DNA of 64,000 nt, from positions 845 to 64,844 of the forward strand of contig CAVPJD010000025.1 in NCBI GenBank assembly GCA_963705165.1. Direction: 5' to 3'. How positions within the stretch are numbered: position 1 is the stretch's first letter; each line of letters starts with the position of its first letter. Under the pieces are notes generated by a model. The model did not search any database. It was not told the origin of the DNA and saw nothing but the letters and a program-made list of their open reading frames with translations. The position numbers and the translations under genes are program-made. Origin of the DNA: an uncultured delta proteobacterium. GTDB lineage: Bacteria; Desulfobacterota; Syntrophia; Syntrophales; UBA2192. Shown here piece by piece: positions 57,093-64,000 of this stretch.

Positions 57093-58388
57093 TCAAGATT
57101 TTTTTGCCCTTAGCCTCGCCAGGATGGACTTTCCGTGGGCGTCGAGCCCTTCCATCGCGGCAAACTCCGCCGCAGCTTTCCCGTATTTCGCGAGCGATTC
57201 CCCGTCGAAGGAAAGCACGCTGATGCGCTTCACGAAATCGTAGACCCCCAGCGGCGAGGAAAATCGTGCCGTGCCCCCCGTGGGAAGGATGTGGTTGGGG
57301 CCCGCCAGGTAGTCGCCCAGGGCCTCGGGGGTGTAGTGCCCGAGGAAGACGGCTCCGGCGTTTCGGATCCCGGCGAGGAGCTTCTTCGGGTCCTTCACGA
57401 GAAGCTCCAGGTGCTCCGGCGCAAAGCGGTTTGCCACCTCGACGGCCTCCGCCAGGTCCTGCGTCACGACAACGAGCCCGTAATCTCTTATCGCCTTCAC
57501 GGCGATGGACTCCCTCGAGAGAAGCTTGAGCTGTGCCTTGATCTCGGCCGACACCCGTTTCGCGAGGTCCTCGTCGGGCGTGAGCAAAACGGAGCTTGCC
57601 AGCTCGTCGTGCTCGGCCTGGGAGAGCAGATCGGCCGCTGCAACAGCGGGATCGGCTGTCCTGTCCGCGATGATGAGGATCTCGCTGGGGCCCGCGATCA
57701 TGTCGATCCCCGTGCGTCCGAAGACGAGCTTCTTGGCCGTGGCCACCCAGGCGTTGCCCGGCCCCACGATCTTGTCGACGGCCGGGACGGACTGCGTCCC
57801 ATAGGCCATGGCCGCCACGGCCTGGGCGCCGCCCACCTTGAAGATCCGGTCGACGCCGGCGATCTGCGCCGCTGCGACGATGATGGGATTGAGGCCTCCT
57901 CTACCCACGGGGCTTGTCATGATGATCTCCCGGACCCCGGCGATCCTCGCGGGAATGGCCGCCATGAGAACCGTCGAGGGATAGGACGCAAGCCCCCCCG
58001 GGGCGTAGACCCCCACCCGGGAAAGGGGAACGATCTTCTGCCCCAGTTCGACGCCCCCTTCCCGGTAGGACCAGGAGGCAAGGCGCTGACGCTTGTGGTA
58101 TCGGTCTATGCGCCTGGCCGCAAGGGTCAGAACAGCCCGTTCCTTCTTCGTGACACTGCACAGGGCCTCCCGGATCTCGAGGGGCGAAACCTCGACGGTC
58201 TTTGCCGTCAGCGTCACGCCATCGAAGCGCTTCGTGTAGCCGAAAAGGGCCCTGTCGCCTCTTTTCTCCACGTCCTGGAGAATGGCTGAAACCTTCTTCT
58301 CGAAGGCCGGGTCGAAGGACTTCCCACGGTTGACGATCCTCTTGAATTCCTTTTCGAACCCCTTGTCCGCTGTCCTTATGATTTTCAT
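57093..58388 (-). CDS. hisD: histidinol dehydrogenase
   Basis: 431 aa, ...VGVYAPGGLASYPSTVLM...SQAEHDELA...APEHLEL... Confidence 0.95.
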   Translation of the reverse strand: MKIIRTADKGFEKEFKRIVNRGKSFDPAFEKKVSAILQDVEKRGDRALFGYTKRFDGVTLTAKTVEVSPLEIREALCSVTKKERAVLTLAARRIDRYHKRQRLASWSYREGGVELGQKIVPLSRVGVYAPGGLASYPSTVLMAAIPARIAGVREIIMTSPVGRGGLNPIIVAAAQIAGVDRIFKVGGAQAVAAMAYGTQSVPAVDKIVGPGNAWVATAKKLVFGRTGIDMIAGPSEILIIADRTADPAVAAADLLSQAEHDELASSVLLTPDEDLAKRVSAEIKAQLKLLSRESIAVKAIRDYGLVVVTQDLAEAVEVANRFAPEHLELLVKDPKKLLAGIRNAGAVFLGHYTPEALGDYLAGPNHILPTGGTARFSSPLGVYDFVKRISVLSFDGESLAKYGKAAAEFAAMEGLDAHGKSILARLRAKKS

Positions 58389-58392
58389 CTTC

Positions 58393-58418
58393 CGGCCCTT
58401 TGCCTTTTGCCCTGCGCC

Positions 58419-58427
<9 letters not shown>
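58393..58427. repeat. heptamer array NNGCCYT x5 in the murA-hisD junction
   Basis: cggccct ttgcctt ttgccct gcgccct aagcctt. Overlaps the murA stop. Confidence 0.7.
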
Positions 58428-59672
<1,245 letters not shown>

Positions 59673-59728
59673 GAGAATTATCTCCTGAAAAGTTGAAAAT
59701 TATTTCAGCGACAGAATGCCTCAGTGTG

Positions 59729-59810
59729 GTCATTCCCGCGAAGCTTGTCCTCGCGAAGGCGGGGAGCGGGAATCCAGAAAGACTGGATGCCGGATCAGGT
59801 CCGGCATGAC
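59729..59810. repeat. GTCAT...ATGAC double-hairpin palindromic element (subfamily A, with an internal insertion)
   Basis: gtcattcccgcgaagcttgtcctcgcgaaggcggggagcgggaatccagaaagactggatgccggatcaggtccggcatgac. Confidence 0.6.
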
Positions 59811-59847
59811 ATCCGTATAATCTCATCAATATAAAGAATCTCAAACG

Positions 59848-59885
59848 TGGATCGCCACGCCTCGCAAGGTTCGGCTCGCGATGAC
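59848..59885. repeat. right-half copy of the subfamily B palindromic element
   Basis: tggatcgccacgcctcgcaaggttcggctcgcgatgac. Confidence 0.45.
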
Positions 59886-59977
59886 TATTTTGTTAATACG
59901 GCCGCGGCGAAGTGAGTGTTAAAACGTCGAAAAGCGCTTTTGAGCCGGCAAAATCTTTGCCTCGTTCTTCAACATTA

Positions 59978-60858
59978 TTATAATAAATTTTTCCGCCGCG
60001 CAATCACCACCCGATCGAGGCCGGCGTAGTCGGCCCGGAAACGGATGTCATCGAAGATCTTTGTCTCTTCCAGAATCATTGTGAGGGCCAAACGCTGCTC
60101 CGCCCCCATCTCCATGAGGAGCCACCCGCCGGGCTTGAGCCTCTCCCGCGCCCCTTCAGCGATGCGGCGGTGGAACTCGGTCCCCTCGGGCCCCGCCACA
60201 AGGGCCTGACGCGGCTCGTAGAGCGTCACCTCGCGGGCCAGTGTCGCGTACTCGGCCTCGCTGATGTAGGGCGGGTTGGAGCAGACCATGTCGAAGCCCC
60301 CTCGACACCCTCGTAGAGATCGCCCTGCAGAAAGGTGATTCTTGTGTCCGGGCCGAGGAGTCTCTTGGCATTTTCGCGGGCCACCTCGAGGGCGGCTGCC
60401 GAAAGTTCCGTTGCCGCTATATCGCAGTCGGGCCATTCCGACGCCACGGCAATGCAGACGGCGCCCGAGCCCGCCCCGATGTCCAGGATCCGGGGGCTCG
60501 AGCCGCGGAACAAGTCACGGAGCCTCAGCACTTCCTCGACAAGGCACTCTGTCTCGGGTCTCGGAACGAGCACGGCAGGGGTTACGGTGAAATCGAGGGA
60601 CCAGAACTCGCGCCAGCCCCGGATGTAGGCCATGGGCTCACGGCGCTTGCGCCTCCCGGTCAGCACGAGGACCCGGTTGATCTGCTCGTCGTCAAGCTCG
60701 AGCGAGAGGTCCCGGTACAGATCGGCGCGTTCCTTGCCAAGGCAGAAACCGAGCAGGACCTCGGCATCGAGCCGCGGGGTTTCGATGCCCGCCCTTTCGA
60801 ATACCTCGGTGAGGCGGGAGAGAATCCGGGCGATGGAGCGTTTGTCTTCCCCTGACAT
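59978..60858 (-). CDS. prmC: release-factor glutamine N5-methyltransferase PrmC, apparent frameshift in a G/C homopolymer
   Basis: N-terminal part from ORF 60226..60885 (start probably ATG 60858; ...ILDIGAGSGAVCIAVA...). C-terminal part from ORF 59978..60436 (FDMVCSNPPYI...). The junction GDLYEGVEG/FDMVCSNPPY lies at the C5 run 60297..60301. Confidence 0.85.
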
Positions 60859-60938
60859 TCCCTGATCCTTTCGAGCACCTGACACCGGTTGTACACGGGG
60901 TTATCGATGGAAGATACCGTCTGCCCAGGAAAACTAAT

Positions 60939-60969
60939 GTCATCGCGAGGGCGAAGCCCGTGGCGACCT
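60939..60969. repeat. left-half copy of the subfamily B palindromic element
   Basis: gtcatcgcgagggcgaagcccgtggcgacct. Confidence 0.4.
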
Positions 60970-61020
60970 GCGGTTAGATGATTGTCGAGCACGCTATCAA
61001 GAATACTCTACGGAAGATCC

Positions 61021-62163
61021 TCACCCACAACCTCTCTCCCCTCGAAAGGTAGAGACAGGCGACTGGACTCGCCAAGTGAGAAGGAACTCTTTTTCAGGCG
61101 CCGTATTTTTCAACGCCTCCGTCTGGTAATAATTCGTGAGCGCGTCGATGATCGGCTGGATATCCCCGTCCAGGATGGACTGGAAATTGTAGAGGGTGAG
61201 CCCGATGCGGTGGTCCGTCATGCGGCCCTGGGGAAAGTTGTAGGTCCGGATGCGCTCGCTGCGGTCGCCTGATCCCACCTGCTTGCGGCGGGCCTCGGAC
61301 ATCTGGGCGTCGCTTTCGGCCTGCATCTTGTCCAGGAGCCTCGCCCGCAGGACCTTCATGCCCTTGTTCTTGTTCTTGAGCTGGGACTTCTCGTCCTGGC
61401 AGCTCACGACGAGGCCCGTGGGGATGTGGGTCAGCCGCACGGCCGAGTCCGTCGTGTTCACGCTCTGGCCGCCGTGGCCGCCCGAGCGGAAGACATCCAC
61501 CCGGATCTCGTTGGGGTCGATATGGACCTCCACATCTTCGGCCTCGGGAAGCACGGCCACCGTGACGGCCGAGGTGTGGATCCGGCCCTGGGCCTCGGTG
61601 ACGGGCACGCGCTGGACCCGGTGCACGCCGCTTTCGTACTTGAGGCGGCTGTAGGCGCCCCGGCCCTCGATCATGGCAATGACTTCCTTGAAGCCGCCCA
61701 TACCCGATGCCGCGCTGGAACTCAGGACATCCACCCTCCAGCCCGACATCTCGGCAAAGCGCGCGTACATGCGGAAAAGATCGGCGGCAAAAAGTCCCGC
61801 CTCGTCTCCACCGGTTCCTGCCCGGATCTCCAGGATCACGTTTTTGTCGTCGTTTGGATCTTTCGGCAGCAGCAGGACGGTGATACGCCGCTCGAGCTCC
61901 TCGACCCTCGCCTTGAGCTGGGGGATCTCCTCCTTGGCCATCTCCCGGAGCTCCTCGTCGCCGTCGCGCAGCATCTGCTGGGCCTCGTCGAGCTGACGGC
62001 CCGTTATTTCGTAGTCCCTGAAGGCCTCGATAAGCGACGTGAGATCAGAGTGCTCCTTGGCCAGCTTCTGGTACTCGGAGCGGTTGGCGATCACGGCGGG
62101 ATCGCTCAAGAGCCTCTCCAGCTCCTCGTATCGCTTTTCAATGTCTTTGATACGCTGAAACAT
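61021..62163 (-). CDS. prfA: peptide chain release factor 1
   Basis: 380 aa, [22 protein letters not shown]...RVQRVPVTE...[12 protein letters not shown] (GGQ)... The C-terminus looks about 15-20 aa longer than I would expect for RF1. Confidence 0.95.
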   Translation of the reverse strand: MFQRIKDIEKRYEELERLLSDPAVIANRSEYQKLAKEHSDLTSLIEAFRDYEITGRQLDEAQQMLRDGDEELREMAKEEIPQLKARVEELERRITVLLLPKDPNDDKNVILEIRAGTGGDEAGLFAADLFRMYARFAEMSGWRVDVLSSSAASGMGGFKEVIAMIEGRGAYSRLKYESGVHRVQRVPVTEAQGRIHTSAVTVAVLPEAEDVEVHIDPNEIRVDVFRSGGHGGQSVNTTDSAVRLTHIPTGLVVSCQDEKSQLKNKNKGMKVLRARLLDKMQAESDAQMSEARRKQVGSGDRSERIRTYNFPQGRMTDHRIGLTLYNFQSILDGDIQPIIDALTNYYQTEALKNTAPEKEFLLTWRVQSPVSTFRGERGCG

Positions 62164-62372
62164 GTCACTCGTTTCCGTTTTTTCGTTATGGCTGATGAAG
62201 GGGGTGCCGCTTTCGGGGCGGCCAGGGCGCGGAAAGACACCGTTTCAGTGCGCTAGAGGAAATGGCACCTCAGGTGAGGGGAAACCATCGGGCGAAGCAT
62301 CGATGTCATGGCGGTTCGTTTCGGGATGATGAGAAGGAATCGCCCCGCTGCGATCGGCAACGGGGCGTCCTG

Positions 62373-62615
62373 TTATTTCTTGGCCTTCTCTTCCTTGGCG
62401 GCTTCCTTTGAGGCTTCCTGGGCGGCGTATCTCTTCTTGAATCGATCGACGCGCCCGGCCGTGTCGATGATCTTTTGCTTGCCCGTCATGAAGGGGTGAC
62501 ACTTGGAGCAGATTTCGGTCTTGATGTCCTTCCGCGTCGAGCGTGTCTGGATGACGGTGCCGCAGGCACAGGTGATGGTCGTCTCTGCGTAGTTGGGGTG
62601 GATGCCTTCTTTCAT
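62373..62615 (-). CDS. rpmE: 50S ribosomal protein L31
   Basis: ORF trimmed to ATG 62615: [48 protein letters not shown]... Confidence 0.9.
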   Translation of the reverse strand: MKEGIHPNYAETTITCACGTVIQTRSTRKDIKTEICSKCHPFMTGKQKIIDTAGRVDRFKKRYAAQEASKEAAKEEKAKK

Positions 62616-62724
62616 AAAACCCTTTATCCTCCTTGCCATGGGCCCGATTTCCGACCGGACCGGCGTGTGAAGCATGGAAGTATAGTCAATTTTTCAACAA
62701 ATTCAAGCAAAAAAATGAGGTCTT

Positions 62725-62818
62725 CCGGATTCAGGATTCCGGATTCGGGCTTTGGAAGAATTCTTCGCTCCTTCTGCCCCTGTACCCTGGACCCTTAACC
62801 CTTTACCCTGGCCCCTCC
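62725..62818. repeat. opposed heptamer arrays directly 3' of the rho stop; the right arm has six C-tracts (G-tracts on the sense strand)
   Basis: ccggatt caggatt ccggatt cgggctt tgg, palindrome GAAGAATTCTTC, then ccttctg cccctgt accctgg accctta acccttt accctgg cccctcc. Confidence 0.75.
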
Positions 62819-62822
62819 GGGG

Positions 62823-64000
62823 CTATTGGCTCATCAAGTCAAAAAAGTCCTTGTTCGTCTGGGTTTTGCGCATCTTGTCGATGATGAACTCGATGGCATC
62901 GACGGGATTCATCTCCTGCAGGAGCCGGCGCAGGATCCAGACGCGGTTCAGGTGCTCCTTCGGGGTGAGGAGCTCTTCCTTGCGCGTGCCGGAGCGGATC
63001 AGGTCGAAGGCCGGGAAGACTCTCCGGTCGGCGATCCGGCGGTCCAGGATGATTTCCATGTTGCCCGTGCCCTTGAATTCTTCGAAGATGACTTCGTCCA
63101 TGCGGCTCCCCGTGTCGATCAGGGCCGTGGCGATGATGGTGAGGCTGCCGCCGAACTCGATGTTGCGGGCGGCGCCGAAGAAGCGCTTGGGCTTGTGCAG
63201 GGCGTTGGAGTCCACGCCGCCCGAGAGGACCTTGCCGCTCGGCGGAACGACGGTGTTGTAGGCGCGGGCGAGTCTCGTGATGCTGTCCAGCAGGATGACT
63301 ACGTCCTTGCGGTGCTCCACGAGGCGCTTGGCCTTCTCGATGACCATTTCGGCCACCTGGACGTGGCGGGTCGCCGGTTCGTCAAAGGTCGAAGAGATGA
63401 CCTCGCCCTTGACGCTTCGCTCCATGTCCGTCACTTCCTCGGGGCGCTCGTCGATGAGCAGCACCATGAGGGTCACTTCCGGGTGGTTGGCTGCGATGCT
63501 GTTGGCGATGTCCTTGAGCAGGACCGTCTTTCCGGCCCGCGGCGGGGAGACGACCAGTGCGCGCTGACCCTTCCCGATGGGGACGAAGAGGTCCATGATC
63601 CGCGTGGAGAAGTTCTCCGGGTCGCTCTCGAGTTTCAATTTCTCGTTGGGGTACAGCGGGGTGAGGTTGTCGAAGAGGATCTTGTCCTTGATCTGGTCGG
63701 GCCCTTCGAGATTGACGGTGTCCACCTTCAGCAGGGCAAAGTACTTTTCCCCTTCCTTGGGCGGCCTCACCTCTCCCGAAACGGTATCCCCGGTTCTCAG
63801 GCTGAAGCGCCGGATCTGCGAGGGGGAGACGTAGATGTCATCGGGCCCGGGCAGATAGTTGTAATCGACGGCACGCAGGAAACCGAATCCGTCGGGCAGG
63901 GTCTCCAGCACCCCTTCGCCGTGGATGGCCCCGTTCTTCTCGGCCTGGGTTTGTAAGATAGAGAAGATGAGGTCCTGGCGGCGCATGCCGCTTGCGCCGG
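62823..64000 (-). CDS. rho: transcription termination factor Rho (N-terminus beyond the window edge)
   Basis: ORF 62823..63986 (...LPDGFGFLR...[11 protein letters not shown]...[24 protein letters not shown]...). The frame is still open at 64000. Confidence 0.95.
   Translation of the reverse strand, partial: GASGMRRQDLIFSILQTQAEKNGAIHGEGVLETLPDGFGFLRAVDYNYLPGPDDIYVSPSQIRRFSLRTGDTVSGEVRPPKEGEKYFALLKVDTVNLEGPDQIKDKILFDNLTPLYPNEKLKLESDPENFSTRIMDLFVPIGKGQRALVVSPPRAGKTVLLKDIANSIAANHPEVTLMVLLIDERPEEVTDMERSVKGEVISSTFDEPATRHVQVAEMVIEKAKRLVEHRKDVVILLDSITRLARAYNTVVPPSGKVLSGGVDSNALHKPKRFFGAARNIEFGGSLTIIATALIDTGSRMDEVIFEEFKGTGNMEIILDRRIADRRVFPAFDLIRSGTRKEELLTPKEHLNRVWILRRLLQEMNPVDAIEFIIDKMRKTQTNKDFFDLMSQ

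Noticed and set aside
61021-62163. Programmed frameshifting as an explanation for the frameshifts, since release-factor genes are nearby.
   Set aside because: The gene here is prfA (RF1), which has no programmed +1 site; that site is in prfB. The prfA frame is continuous, and the other shift sites lack known slippery or stimulatory contexts.

Overview
GC-rich chromosomal segment. By inference its gene content fits an anaerobic, syntrophy-capable Deltaproteobacteria-like genome (Syntrophales/Syntrophobacterales type). I support about 57 protein genes, almost all on the minus strand, and one tRNA. Gene order, low to high coordinate: EtfAB with its membrane Fe-S oxidoreductase and acetyl-CoA synthetase; a porin; hflX; a TPR-bearing GT-C glycosyltransferase; an SDR; a four-subunit 2-oxoacid:ferredoxin oxidoreductase operon; waaA; rpe; holA; rpsU; gcvH with an lplA-like gene; pilMNOPQ; ftsB; a DUF39 gene; dut; an M16 peptidase; pnp-rpsO-truB-nrnA-rbfA-DUF503-infB-nusA-rimP; a tartrate dehydrogenase-like gene; a CapA / Glu-racemase / ATP-grasp / FGase cassette; an AbiEi-AbiEii toxin-antitoxin pair beside tRNA-Gly(CCC); then hisD-murA-prmC-prfA-rpmE-rho. 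The ORF track omits two edge-truncated genes (1..2113 and rho), which I recovered by manual translation. The most unusual content is non-coding. Nearly every intergenic spacer is built from degenerate tandem heptamer or nonamer arrays of a few families, often as opposed (hairpin-capable) pairs. One family is G-quadruplex-capable, and another always abuts gene starts. GTCAT...ATGAC palindromic (REP/MITE-like) elements are also present. Other leads are a promoter + structured RNA + intrinsic terminator unit upstream of the oxidoreductase operon, and two housekeeping genes whose only SD-positioned start is ATC. At least 11 apparent frameshifts interrupt conserved and partly essential genes, so indel errors in the sequence are the most likely cause. 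No CRISPR array, rRNA or intact transposase/integrase was found. All calls come from reading the sequence and the ORF translations; no searches or folding calculations were run.
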